From positions 18,042,001 through 18,106,000 of the forward strand of contig CM075984.1 of the NCBI GenBank assembly GCA_038087875.1: 64,000 nucleotides of DNA, read 5' to 3'. Below, piece by piece: positions 12,649 through 25,654 of this stretch. This DNA is from Malacoraja senta (Eukaryota). The position numbers and the translations under genes were made by a program. Each line of letters opens with the position of its first letter. Position 1 is the first letter of the stretch. The notes under the pieces are model-generated. The model saw nothing but the letters and a program-made list of their open reading frames with translations, ran no database searches and was not told the DNA's origin.

Positions 12649-13104
12649 TTACTGCTCCAACTCTGATTTGCTTGGATAGCACGCAAAATAGTGCTTTTCA
12701 CTGTATCTCGATACACGTGACAATAATAAACATAACCTAACCTAATGACAGGTTTAGGAGTCTCAGACATAGTTGCAAAAGGAATATACATGTCAATTTT
12801 AAATTTAAATAAGTGACCAATATTAATATACTTTAAATCATTGGCAATATAAAAGATGCAGATGTGACTTTACTGACAGTTCTGAATGAGGTGGTCAGTC
12901 CCTATAAGGAAGATTTTGCTCTCCTCAATGATCGGAATATGGACCAAAGGTATTGCTCCGATTTCCTACTGGAATCTATTCAAAGGAAGTTGAGAATATC
13001 TTTCTTAAACAAAGCACAGATAAAGCCTATCATGACAAAGCCTCCACAGTCAACCCCTGAAGACAATAATAAGAAAATACGAATCACAATCCTTCAAAAT
13101 TATG

Positions 13105-13401
13105 TTTAGTTTTGAGATATAGCATGGAAACAGGCGCTTCGGCCCACCAAGTCCATGCCAACCAGTGATCATCCCATACATCAGTTCTATCTGACACACC
13201 ATGGACAATTTACAGAAGTCAATTGATTTACAAACCTGGATGCCTTTGGAACATGGGAAGATACCGCAGTACCTGGAGAAAACCTACAAGGTCACAGGGA
13301 GAACTTTCAAACCCCATACAGACAACACCTATGGTTATGATTGAACCCGTGTCTCTGGTGCTGTAAGGCAGCAACTCTATCACTGTCCCACTGTGCCGCC
13401 C
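13105..13401 (-). mobile_element. V-SINE (HE1-like)
   Basis: Reverse-complement head/core/tail. Confidence 0.85.
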
Positions 13402-15696
13402 CATGGCTTGGCAAAGAGTGAAAACCCTTCGAGAGAAAACATCTTCTGCTTTGGAAACAATTATAATTTTTTGCCTAATACTTGTCACTTACTCACCATT
13501 ATGGTACAATCTTGCCTATCTTCCTGAGAAACTCCTCGAGAAGGCCTATCTGGAATTATGATTTGAAGAACCAAAGAGATGATTACTAATGCCCAATGGT
13601 ACTGATCTGTTGTGATGTTGCAAATTGTGAATGCATGGATTTTCAGATATAATACAGTCTAGTGTGCAGCTGAGGTGCCTCAATTGTAATTGCATACTAT
13701 TCCCAGCAGGTTTGGAATAATTATAAATATTGTGTACTGGATTAATTATGAGATGCAATCAATTATTTGTTGCAAAACTTGACATTTTAATTGTTCTCCT
13801 CCCTTATCTAAAAGGTTCCCATTCCTATTTTGTTTAGACCATTTACCAATGTAAAAACAGTAGACAGCAGCTGTTTGCAGGTCAGTGGTGCTAATTATAC
13901 ACAAAATGGTGAAGTGGCACAAAATTCATTAAGGATATTGATGGTAGACTAACTGGAGGGGTAACCATTTTATATGTGTTTGTGTGCCTGCATTGAAACA
14001 GTGGCTATATGAGGCTAATATAGCACAAAGGGAGCGAATTGGGGAGAGTGAAGAGTTGGACATCTGGCCATTAACAGTTGTGTAACATCTGATTGAATTT
14101 GATCTCATAGGATGTGAATAGAGTGAGACCCACTTAAAGAGAAGGGGCGCTGTGTACGGTACCTCAGTTGGCAGCATCTGCTTCAGTCATTTTTCACACT
14201 AATTTATGTAACATGAAAAAAATGTGCTAAATTAAATCTTTCAAATGTGTACAAAATATGTTAAGCGATGACGTTTTTGTTCATTTGCTGTGATAATAGC
14301 TTGAATGGGCTTGAAGTGTTATTTTCAAAAATGTTTCATAAGCAGAGATCCTCAGTGCGTGCATTAGGTTGTGCAAATAATGCGATTTGAAAATTTACCA
14401 TTGGATGGCAGTAGAATGCTACAGGCAGTTGACCACTTTGGCGTTTCAATCGTGCCTGTGTTGTGCAAAGTTTTGTGATATTTTGGCTGAGCATGAGGTT
14501 TTGCATTCAAATCCGCATTTTCGAAAGATGGAAAGGAAGAATAAAAGTAACCATATTCCCATTGTTGCATCAATATAAGTACCCTTTTAAATGACCAAAG
14601 TCAGGATTGAAGGAAGCACTTGTTTGACAATATTAACGTAATGAGTGTGGAGCAGTCATTAAAAATTTGCAAATGGCATCTGACAAGTGGACACTTCAAT
14701 CTTTTGTTTGAGTAAAACAAGAAATGATGAGAAACTTAATCATAAACATTAAATTGTGCTTTTGAATAGGAATAAGAATTTATCTTTTGATTATCGTTTG
14801 AGACGATAAGAAATAATTGTATAAATTTTTTGAAATAATATGAAATTGCTTGCATTCATAATGTTCAATCATATAGTTCTTTAATTAACTATTTTTTAAA
14901 TATTGAAATTAACCCGTGTTCCAGTTCTGAAGGCAGGGAGCAGAGAGGTGGCCATTTTGTTTGATTTATATTACAACAGGCTCTTTTCAAGGGACGGTTA
15001 CAGTTTCTAACTGTGACATGACCGTGTTATCAACAGGTAGGAATATAAGATTGTCAGCAACGATTAATCAAGAGAGATCCACTATGGGGTGATTGTGATT
15101 CTACAGTCACCCAAGGAGAGATCCCCTCATTTTATGTTTAGAGGTTTACCATCATATAAAGCTTCAAAGATTCCATTACAACTTGGGTTTCCTTTTACAT
15201 AGATAGTTGGCTGGTGCCCTTTTCTTTTTAGTTCTTGGCAATAATCGTAGAATATTGAAATTATTACTTTCTTGTAAAAGCAACTTAATTTACGAAAACA
15301 AGTTCATTAACATTAGTACATAATATGTTTTATTTTGCGGACAGGTTGAACGATTATACAAGCAGTGCTTGTATGAGCAGAGCCAAATGACAGTCTTGAC
15401 ATTTCTGGTTACCTTCACAACAGTTGGAGGAAGATGAAGATAAAGGTTATTGTTGTTGTTTCTGTTGGATTGCATTATGGAAAAATGGTCACAATGAAAT
15501 AAACGGAAGAGGATATCTTTGGACATTAACAGTGTTTGTCAGCTTTCTGAGAACCCACCTAATTTCAACTCTCTTGTTACTGAATTCTTTGGATTCAGGC
15601 AAACCCAGGAAAAAGGTTCACTATTATGGAGGTCAATGACAATGTTGCATAACATGGGGCTTCCCTGTGCTAATAAATTGTGGTGAATAACAAAAT

Positions 15697-16013
15697 GTCA
15701 ACACAGTGACATAGCTGGTAGAGGTGCTGCCTCACAGCGTCGGAGACCCGGGTTCGATCCCGACCTCAGGTGCTTTCTGTGTGGAGCTTTCATGTTCTCC
15801 CTCTGACTGCAAGGGGTTCCTCGGGATGCTCGGTTCTCTCCCAAATCCCAAAGAAGTGTAGGTTTGTAGTTTAGCCTCTATAAATGACCCATAGTACGCT
15901 GGGAATGCTTGAATAAATGGGATAACATTAAGTTAATGTGAACGGGTGGTGAATGTTTGGCGTGAACACAATGGGTCGAAGCACCTGTTTACATGCTGGA
16001 TCTCTAAACTAAA
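15697..16013 (+). mobile_element. V-SINE, second subfamily
   Basis: B-box gggttcgatccc and V core, with a different 3' segment (gggataacat...gtgaacgggtg) shared with copies at 40580 and 57862. Confidence 0.8.
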
Positions 16014-16249
16014 CCTTGTGCTTACTTTCTCATATTTCCCCTTAAGAAATGGAAGGAGGCTATTCGTCCCATCGAGTCTTCGTCAGCTCTCAAAGCGATC
16101 CCAGGAATCCCATTCCCTCCTAACCTATTCTCTCTCGCATGTCCATTAACTCCCACTGTGTGGTCAATAGTCCTAACAAATGTCACGTCCTCGGGATGAG
16201 GGAGAAGACCAGATCAAACTAGACCTCACCAGAGGGGGTACACACAAGC

Positions 16250-16621
16250 TCCATCTTGTTTGTATTTGCATCTTCCCCAAGCATTTGCATTACCTCAAAA
16301 CATTTTGCAGCCGATGCCTCAAATATCCCCCTTGCATTCCCTCTCTCTCCATCCCTCCCCCATGCTAGTCCTCTTGCTAATTCCACCCTTTGTATTCCTT
16401 TGTTATCACCTCGTCCCCAGCCAACATTGGACCATTGTGGGCTCCACCTTTCCTGAGACTTTGAGGTAGACTCTGCTTTGTTCTGTACCTTCCCATACCT
16501 CTAGTTTCCCTCTCCCTGACTCAGTCTGTTAAAGGATCTCGACACGAAACATCACCTATTCCTTTTCTCCAGAGATGCTGCCTGACACCCTGAGTTACTC
16601 CAGCATTAAGTGTCTATCTTC
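16250..16621 (+). mobile_element. Penelope 3' UTR/pLTR remnant
   Basis: Pyrimidine-rich UTR then tcagtctg...gatctcgacacgaaacatcacc...agatgctgcctgac...gagttactccagca. Confidence 0.7.
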
Positions 16622-18060
16622 TGTAACACACTATTATCTAGAGCAATTATTTCCAATGTCCAAACCAGTGAAGAAAACCAACAGAAATAGAACTAGTCAG
16701 TTTACTTTTACCCCTCAGAAAAGCTGAAACAATTTTTGTTTTAAATTGTGTCTGTCTCAAGCACATTTGTAAAAAAAATAGTAATAGCAAAGGCTAACTG
16801 AATGACTATAACAATGACATTATTGTCTGAAGTAGGTAGTTTAAAGACAGACCCTCTTCCCCAACAAAATGTACAAGAAAGTGCATATCTACACCAATAG
16901 AAAAAAACATGCTCCATCGGTTATAATTCGATTATGCCCTGTATGATCAAAAAACACGAACATCCATTTTTCCCCCCTTGTCTTCAGTCGTTAATGAAAT
17001 AAGGAGGAAAGTGGGTAGTTTAAACGCCCGGAGAATCAAGAACACAATTATCTCGGCGCTGTATGCAAGAAAAAATTCGGAGTTACCGTAATTCAGTTTC
17101 CAGTAACAAGAAATCAACTGAAAGACACATCAGAGTTAAAATGGCATAGTGTAGGGTGTGGGTTTGTATTATTGGACTGCAGACTCTGCATCAATTACAC
17201 CATAAATACATACATATGAAAGGAAGCAGCAGGTAACTCGGTTATTGGAGATCACACATAAAGAAGGAAATATGCTCAGAACATTAAACTAAATTATATT
17301 ACCCACCATTATCCCTTCACAGTGGTTCCTGTGATTGAGCGCTGAGCTTCCATCTTAGAGATGTGCTCATTCGAATCACTGACTCAGCTAACATCTTGTA
17401 TTTAGCTGTACTAGTGACTTCCAGGCTGAATTACTAATCGAAGACACGACGGAAAGCGAGCCATCTTGAGCGAGTACTTGGAAGACTTTGCCTCGAGTTT
17501 AGCTTCCTCAGTAAAGGAGCTACAATGGGATATTAAGTGGCACACACGCTGAGTTCACAACTTTGGTTAACTGTCTAAACTTTCTAACTTCTCTGCTCTC
17601 ATTCGCGCCAAACCATTGTTTCCCTAATCACCAGGCTCTCATTAGGCGTAATTAGGATTCAGATTTCCAGCACCCGCTGTTTTTGCCTCCGTCTGGTGAA
17701 AGTGGGAAATATGTTTTGAGGAATGTATCCCGTTTCGATGTTGTAATTTCTGTCGCCACTGCTCGGTAGCATACAGACTTGAGGCGATCTTGCAAATCCT
17801 GCGGTGCAATCTCCCTCTTCTTAAATTCACCTTCAGTTGCAAAGGTACAATTGACTCGATCTGTTTCTCCTGAACAATTAAATGGAGATAGTTGATTTTT
17901 AAGCGCCGCGAACTCAATCACCCACCAACTTTCAAAGAACTTGCCTTTAGCTCTGTTTGCTGCGTTCAGCAGGTGGCTCGCTTAATAGTGGAAATGTTCA
18001 GGACAGACCGTTGTTCCATAATCATGATCTGACTCTTGGTCAGAACCATTGGGTTTGTGG

Positions 18061-18242
18061 NNNNNNNNNNNNNNNNNNNNNNNNNNNNNNNNNNNNNNNN
18101 NNNNNNNNNNNNNNNNNNNNNNNNNNNNNNNNNNNNNNNNNNNNNNNNNNNNNNNNNNNNNNNNNNNNNNNNNNNNNNNNNNNNNNNNNNNNNNNNNNNN
18201 NNNNNNNNNNNNNNNNNNNNNNNNNNNNNNNNNNNNNNNNNN
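18061..18242. other. Assembly gap (others at 22110-22263, 55390-55570, 55687-55917)
   Basis: Runs of N. Confidence 0.99.
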
Positions 18243-18274
18243 AAAACGTGGTGACACTTGTGTACTTCTTAAGT

Positions 18275-18405
18275 GATAGGAACAGAATGAGGCAATTCGG
18301 CCCATGAAATCTACACCGCCATTCAATCATGGCTGATCTATCTTTTGCTCTCAACCCCATTCTCCAGCCATCTCCCCATAACCCCTGATACCCGTACTAA
18401 TCAAA
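18275..18405 (-). mobile_element. CR1 3' fragment
   Basis: ggcaattcggccc...ccgccattcaatcatggctgatc. Confidence 0.7.
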
Positions 18406-19274
18406 CTGTTATACTGTCTGGGTTGTATGCAAAGCAAAGCTTTTCACTGTACCTAGGTACATGTGATAATAAAGTATCATTCATTCATTCATTCAATAAA
18501 GTATCATTCATACATTCATTTATATATATGAATGTATGAATGATACTTTATTGAATGTCACAAACGACAGCATGAAACTTTTTAAAAACAATTAATTGAA
18601 TAAAAAGGGCACTAATTGCTGGAGTAACTCAGCAGGTCAGGCAGCATCCCTGAAGAACATGGATAAGTGATGTTTCAGATCGAGACCTTTCTAATTGAAT
18701 CAAATATTTGGAGCTTGCTGTAATAGAAAGTCAATTATTTACATCTCTGATAAAAACAGGTTTAGATAAAAGATAACTTTTTTTTAAAATAAAGACCTTT
18801 CCTGCCTGGATTTTTAATTTTAGTTCCAAATGGTTTCCAATCAATGTTTACAATGTCATTGGATACAAATTGCCCTTAAACATAAGGAAACTCATACATA
18901 TTTGCAGGAAAGCCTGATGAGATGAAAGGACAAGAACCCAGCATGCTACATTTTAGGTTGAAGCAGTCAAAGCCAGATTCTGATCTGCCAGGCCATACAC
19001 AGTTTGTTCTAATTCTTAAATTGAGCTTTTTGAGGTCACAACAAGCAATGTTGTATATCCCCCCCAAAAGGAGGAATGAAAAATTGCAAGTTGTTGCAAA
19101 GAATGTAAGTGGCTGTACTTCTTCTACTTGCGTATGGCATGCACAGCCTAAAATTGTAGGTCAACTTGTTCTATTTGATCTATTTGTTTGTGCACGTAGG
19201 GTTGATTGCATTAGTCGAAACAGGGTGGACCACGTGAAGGTTGCAATCTCACACCCCAGTGGCTGTACACATTA

Positions 19275-19600
19275 GACTTTAGAAGGATGAGAGGGGACCT
19301 TATTGCAACATAACAAATGGTTAAAGGCCTGGATAGAGTGAATGTAGAAAGGATGTTACCACTAGTGCGAGAATCTTGTTCTAGAGGCCATACTTCAGAA
19401 TAAAACGACATACCTATGGAAAGGAGATGAGCATGAATTTCTTTAGTCAGAGGGTGGTAAATCTGTAGAATTCATTCAGGCAGAAGAATGGGGTTGAGAG
19501 GGAAAGATAGATCAGCCATGAATGAATGGCAGAGTAAACTTGATGGGCCAAATGGATTAATTCTACTCCTACAACTCATGAACCTATGAACATGAACTTT
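19275..19600 (+). mobile_element. CR1 3' end
   Basis: gaggggaccttattg...cagagggtggtaaatctg...gatcagccatga...(atgaac)n tail. Confidence 0.75.
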
Positions 19601-20619
19601 TGCAGTCTCTTGATCATTTGGGTGTCACCTGGGAGAAATATAAACCTTGGTTTCTGATATTCTTATGAATCCAATACAAGACTCATAAAATGCTGGAAAC
19701 ACAAAGCAGGTTCGGCAGAATCTGTGAGAGGAGAAACAAAGTTAATGTTTCAAGTTGAAGACCCTTCAACTGCACTGGATTAAGGGGGAAACAAATGAGT
19801 TTTAAGTTGCAGAGAGGAATGGATAGCACAAAGGCAGTATCTCCGTTTGGGTGGGTTAGGGTTTTACTGGTGATAAGCTGTTGATGGCCATTCCACCTGA
19901 CAAGGCTGCTGTTCGGTTTTGTGATTAAGAAGGCAACGAATAAAAACGATGCCACGAGTCACAACACATCTGAAACAATGACTTCCAAAGCAACTTGCCT
20001 CATAAACTGAAAGATGTTTCAGTTTAGGGGCAGCACAGTGGCACAGCAGTAGAGCTTAGCTTCCTCAGTAAAGAGTGCTACAATGGGATATTAAGTGGCA
20101 CACATGCTGAGTTCACAACTTTGGTTAACTCCTAATTTTATATACTTCTATCAGGTCTCCCCTCAACTTTTGGCGTGATAGAGAAAACATTCCAAGTTTG
20201 TTCAATTTTCCTTGTAGCTAATGCCCTTTAATCCAGGGAGCATTCTGGTAAACCTCTTCTGTGCTCTTTTCCTCCTGTCTATGTGTCGCATACTTTCTAT
20301 ACTCCTAGTACTTCTGGTACAATAAGGAAAAAAACACATTTGTCATACCAATTAATTGTGATCTGAAAGATACTATTTCAAAGAGATTTGTTAACAAATA
20401 GTAATTACAGAAAGATAGATAAACACATGACGGAAAATTAAACAGCCTGCTCGTGGGAAAAGAGGGAGCGTGTCAATAAGTGTGCAGTTCTACCAAACAG
20501 TTGTTACAGATAGAAGCCCAACGTGTCCTTTCTTGTTGTAGAATTCAACATCAAACTTTAATGAAGAGGGGGCTGGAAATGTTTTGATCATAAATGTGAA
20601 TAGGACTGGTGGTTGATTT

Positions 20620-20958
20620 CTAAAACAACAACAGAAAATGTTGGAAAACCTCATCAGATCAGTCAGCAGTGATAAAGGGTCACAGACACAAAAGGTCGAC
20701 CGTTTCTCTTTACACAAATGTTGCCTGATGTGTTGATGGTTTTCCAGCATATTCTGTTTTTGTTTCAGATTTCTGGCATTTGCAATTTATTTTTTACATT
20801 TTTCAGCATATTCAGTTTCATTAAAGGACATCTTCCTTTCCATCCACAAAGAGGGCAACAAAATATAAAGAAGTGTTTCGACCCGAAATGCCACCTAATC
20901 CTTTTCTCCAGGGATGCTGCATGACCTGCTGATTTACTCCACCATTTTGTGTCTATCT
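20620..20958. mobile_element. Two adjacent Penelope remnants, one fold-back
   Basis: gaagtgtttcgacccgaaatgccacc...gatgctgcatgacctgctga, plus an older inverted pair at 20620-20785. Confidence 0.65.
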
Positions 20959-21762
20959 GCAATATAATCATTGCTTGATTTGCAGGAACTAATAAAGTGA
21001 ATGACTCCTGTGATAATCCAAGTGGAATGGCCAACTAATACCAGCCATCATTTTCAACACTATTACAGCAACATCATTCTTTTCTTTCTCTATTAAGACC
21101 CTGTACATTGGAAATGAAAACTCAATCCCACAGTTTAACTGTTCTTGATGATCATAATTTGTTTAATATGGCAAGTCTGAACTTCTTCAATTTATTCCTC
21201 TGCATTTAAAACATGGAACATGGATCAGTAAATCACAGGAACAGGCCCTTCATCTCACATGTCCGTGCCGAACTCCTCTGCCCGCACTTGATCCATTTTC
21301 TCCATTCCCTGCATGTCCATGTGCCTATCTAAAAGCCTTTGCATTTCTAAAGAGCCGATGTATGGAAGTACATACTGAATTTGTTCCTTGCACTGGAACA
21401 TTTCCTCAGAAAGTCAACAGTATTTTCGTTCCAACTTTTCACAGGTATCATATGGTTTGACGAGATGACACCAGTGAGTCTCATTCCCCAAGAAGGAAAA
21501 CATGGGAGTTGCTTTGGTCCAACATATTGTACAAACTATTTTCAAGGTGTGGGAGACATTGGACAGGGAATTCCTTCTTTTTCACTCTCTTCAGCATTCC
21601 ACCACTTTTCACACCTTTCTAATATTTTCTGAGCAAAGGAACATCTGCTTTTAGTGCTGGTTGGAAGAGCAATGAGATACGAGAGCGGATCAATTCCAGC
21701 TGCCTTGCTAGTGTGCTGATGAAAACCATAGCCCATTGTAAAAAAAGTAGGAAATACCTTTT

Positions 21763-22038
21763 TATTAGTTTTAGAGATACAGTGTGGAAACAGGCCCTTC
21801 AGCCCATTGAGTCCGCGCCGACCAACGATCACAAATACACTAGTTCTATGTTATCCCAGTTTCACGCCCTAGGGTGATTTAAAGAAACCAATTAACCTAC
21901 AAACCAGCACATGTTTGGAATGTGCGAGGAAACTGGAGCACCCGGAGAAAACCCACACTGTCACCAGGAAAACATGTAAACTCCACAGCACCCGAAGTCA
22001 GGATTGAACCGGTTCTCTGGCGATGTAAGACAGCAACT
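21763..22038 (-). mobile_element. V-SINE (HE1-like)
   Basis: Reverse-complement head/core/tail. Confidence 0.85.
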
Positions 22039-23049
22039 GTGTGCAACTATGCCAAAAATACTTTTATTTTCATAGAGGATAGATAAATGCATGGGTATAC
22101 ATGTATGTANNNNNNNNNNNNNNNNNNNNNNNNNNNNNNNNNNNNNNNNNNNNNNNNNNNNNNNNNNNNNNNNNNNNNNNNNNNNNNNNNNNNNNNNNNN
22201 NNNNNNNNNNNNNNNNNNNNNNNNNNNNNNNNNNNNNNNNNNNNNNNNNNNNNNNNNNNNNNNNTTGTGAGATTATGTATCTTCAAGACATATGGTATTT
22301 CACATGCCATGCAATTTGGAAGAGATGATTGTTACTATGTTGGCAAACAATTTATATGCAACACAATTTCATGAATCACAATGAGATGAATGAACATATC
22401 TTGTATTGGAAAGTGCTATGTATTAACAAGTGGGGCTTCAACCCAAATCTCATCACGATACAAACTGACCTGGGTTTTAGTAAAAGAAGCATTGAAGCAA
22501 AATAATTCTCTTCCAGGTGAAGGTATTATTGAGAGTTTTTCTTGGGTCTACATCCAAGCATGCTGAACCCTGTGGCACGGCGCAAGTCCGGAAATCACTC
22601 GGCTTTGAAGTGCATGCCTGAAAATGAACCAACCCATCCTCATGAATCGGAATTCGTTGAAGATAATCTTTTGATTTATTTTACAGAAGTATACTTCAAT
22701 ATGCCCGAGATTCCCACATTTTTGCTCTTCTGCAGTTCAATTGCCTGAGTACAATAGGACCCAGGAAAATCCCCCATTATTTATCATTCAAAACATTCAT
22801 TTCGGAGTATTTAATCTTATAAAATGGGCTCCAATGTGCATTTAAAGACACAGTGCTGGAGTAACTCAATGTGTCGGTCAGTATCTCTGGACAACGTGAA
22901 TAGACAAAGTTTTGGGTTGGCACCCTTCCTCAGACTTGTATACATTTAATGGATTTAAAGGATACTTCAGTGAAATAAATATCAATTATGGTATTTCAAT
23001 TGCATCCATGAATACGCATGAGAATATATTACATATGAATATGCATAAT

Positions 23050-23385
23050 TTGCACTAAATGTTATTCCTTTGCCTTAAATGTTATTCAATTGCACTAAAC
23101 ATTATTCCCTTTATCATATATCTGTACACTGTGGACGGCTTGATTGTAATCATGTATGTATTACAATGTACAGATACATGGTAAAAGGAATAATGTTTAG
23201 TGCAAGATAAAGTCCAGCAAAGTCCGAGTAAAGATAGTTCGAGGGTCTCCAATGAGGTTGATAGCTGCTCAGGACCGCTCTTTAGTTGATGATTGGTTGA
23301 TTCAGTTTCCTAATAACAGCCGGAAGAAACTGTACCTGGCTCTGGAGGTGTGTGTTTTCACACTTCTGTACCTCTTGTCTGATGG
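23050..23385. mobile_element. Rex1/Babar-like 3' UTR fragments in inverted arrangement
   Basis: Matches 40060-40380 in both orientations; ttgcactaaacattattcc...ggaataatgtttagtgcaa fold-back. Confidence 0.65.
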
Positions 23386-23954
23386 GAGATTCAGCCACAT
23401 GTACCAAGTAATAACCATCTCCACCAAGAGAGAATCTAGTCATCTTAATTTTCAGGCCTCCTTGGTGGATCACCATGACTATAAACTCAACTGGGCCAAC
23501 CACATACTTACAAGGGCAGGTCAGAGACCCAGCATCCTGGAGTGAGTGACACACTTCCTGCCACACCAAAGCCTTTCCACTGCCTACAAGGTGCAAATCA
23601 GGAATACTCTCCCTTTGACTGGCTAAGTGCTGTTCCAATGCTCAAGAAGCTCAAATGCATCCAAAGCAGTGCAGCCCATTTAAATGGGATCCCTTTCACC
23701 ATCCAAACACTATGTCACCATTGCAAAGTGGTTGCTGTGTGTACTATCCCCAAAATGCCCTGTGCTACTTACTTGGCTACTCTGAGAACATCTCCCTAAT
23801 CAATTCTCTCTGCTATCAAGGAGGCAGACCCAAGGGAACATCATTTTTACATTTTCTCCACTTCCCTCTCACCCACACGCCACGGCTTAGAAATACATTG
23901 CTACGCTTTCATTGTGAATCAGTCTAAATTGAAATCCCTGTTGAACAGTAATAA

Positions 23955-24120
23955 CACAGAACTACAGGTATTGGTTGACCAAAGATAGACACAAAATGCT
24001 GGAGTAACTCAGCAGGTCAGGCAGCATCTCTGGAGAAAATGCATAAGTGATGTTTTGAGTGGGGACCCTTAACCTAGACATGCTGCCTGACGTGTTGAGT
24101 TACTCCAGCATATTGTGTCA
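23955..24120. mobile_element. Fold-back Penelope remnant
   Basis: aaatgctggagtaactcagcaggtcaggcagcat...atgctgcctgacgtgttgagttactccagcat. Confidence 0.8.
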
Positions 24121-24149
24121 ATCGTCTCTATTGAATGGCATTGCTTGGC

Positions 24150-25112
24150 TACTCTGTTGTGTGCTGAGTCCCATCTTGTATACAATATACACTTATGACT
24201 GCACACCAACACACAGTACAAACAGGATCATCAAGTTTGCGGACGACACGACTGTAGTGGGACTGATACACAACAACGACGAGTCTGCCTACAGAGATGG
24301 TCCAAAAACTGACTGTCTGGTGTACCAAAAACAACCTGGTATTCAACTCATCAAAGACAAAAGAACTGGTCGTTGACTTCAGGAGGAAGAGGAGAGAGGA
24401 ACCTGCTCCTCTATACATCAAAGGAGACATAGTGGAAAGAGTCACTGGCTTTAAATTCCTGGGAATAAACATCTCCCAGGACCTCAAATGGCAAATGAAC
24501 ACCGTCACTCTCGTGAAGAAGTCACAGCAGCGGCTGTATTTCCTGAGGTCTCTGCGGAGAGCAAACGTCTCACAGCCGCTGCTGCTGTCCTTCTACCGAT
24601 GCGCCGTGGAAAGTATCCTCTCCTATGGCATCCTGGTGTGGTTTGCTAGCTGCACTGTGGCTGAGAGGAGGGCGCTGCAGAGAGTTATAAAAACTGCACA
24701 GAGCATCACAAACGCTCAACTGCCCTCCTTGGATGATATATATTGCGCCGGGCCATAAACATCAAGCAGGACACATCCCACTCTGCCAACCACCTTTTCA
24801 CTCAGCTACCCTCTGGGAGGCGATTCGGGTCTCTGAAGGTTCGCACCGGTAGACTAAAAAATAGTTTCTACCCATGTGCGATAAAAGAACTTAATTCCAA
24901 CAGAGAACACTGGGGAAGCAAAATGTAATTCCAAGAAATGCAACATTCTTTTAAAATTCTTTTTAAATACTTATTTATTATTTTTACTAATAAGTGTACA
25001 TATGTGTCAATGGTTGTCGTGTTTGTATTTTTTAACCGGAGGAGATGCAATGGAATTTCGTTGCACAGTATTGTGCAATGACAATAAACGTATTCATTCA
25101 TTCATTCATTCA
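24150..25112 (+). mobile_element. 5'-truncated Rex1/Babar-like LINE with 3' UTR and (ATTC)n tail
   Basis: CVLSPILY..YTYDC, IIKFADDTTVVG, KTKELVVDFR, KKSQQRLYFLR, LPSGRR across frameshifted ORFs; aataaa then (attc)n. Confidence 0.9.
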
Positions 25113-25534
25113 TTGTGGAGGACCTTCATCAGAAGGACTGTAGTAATTACATCTTTCCAAGGACAGTTAATAATGGGTGAGAAAAAAGCTGTGATAATGC
25201 CCTGATACTGACAAATTTGTGTGGTTCCATTGTTAAAAGTAATAATGTAACAGGATTGTACAACTGCAGTTGACCTGCATGGCGATGTTTCAGTAGTAAT
25301 TTGTTAAGGCTGATTAAGACAAAAGGGTGAGCCTTCTCAACATATGGTCAGTCTTAACTTTGGTCGCAGCACCAATCATCTTTGTGATAACAACGTCACT
25401 TTGTTTTATTGATAGCACTTTTCCTTTTGTGGCGCAAACCTTTTGCAGCCATTTGGCTCCCAATCCCTGCAAGGCCCTGTCACCACAATGGTTCCACCAG
25501 AACAAGTCAGCTACCATAACTGCATTTAAAAGAT

Positions 25535-25654
25535 GTTAAAGAAGGAACTTCAGACCCAAATAGAAGAAGGGTTTCGGCCCGAAAAGTTACCTATTTCCTT
25601 CGCTCCATAGATGCTGCTGCACCCGCTGAGTTTCTCCAGCATTTTTGTGTACCT
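25535..25654 (+). mobile_element. 120-bp mini-insertion of the young Penelope family with 14-bp TSD
   Basis: Near-identical to 52427-52518; TSD tgcatttaaaagat at 25521-25534 and 25655-25668. Confidence 0.9.

Noticed and set aside
17957-18360. ORFs spanning N runs (also 22047-22374 and 55233-55995)
   Set aside because: Open only because of assembly gaps
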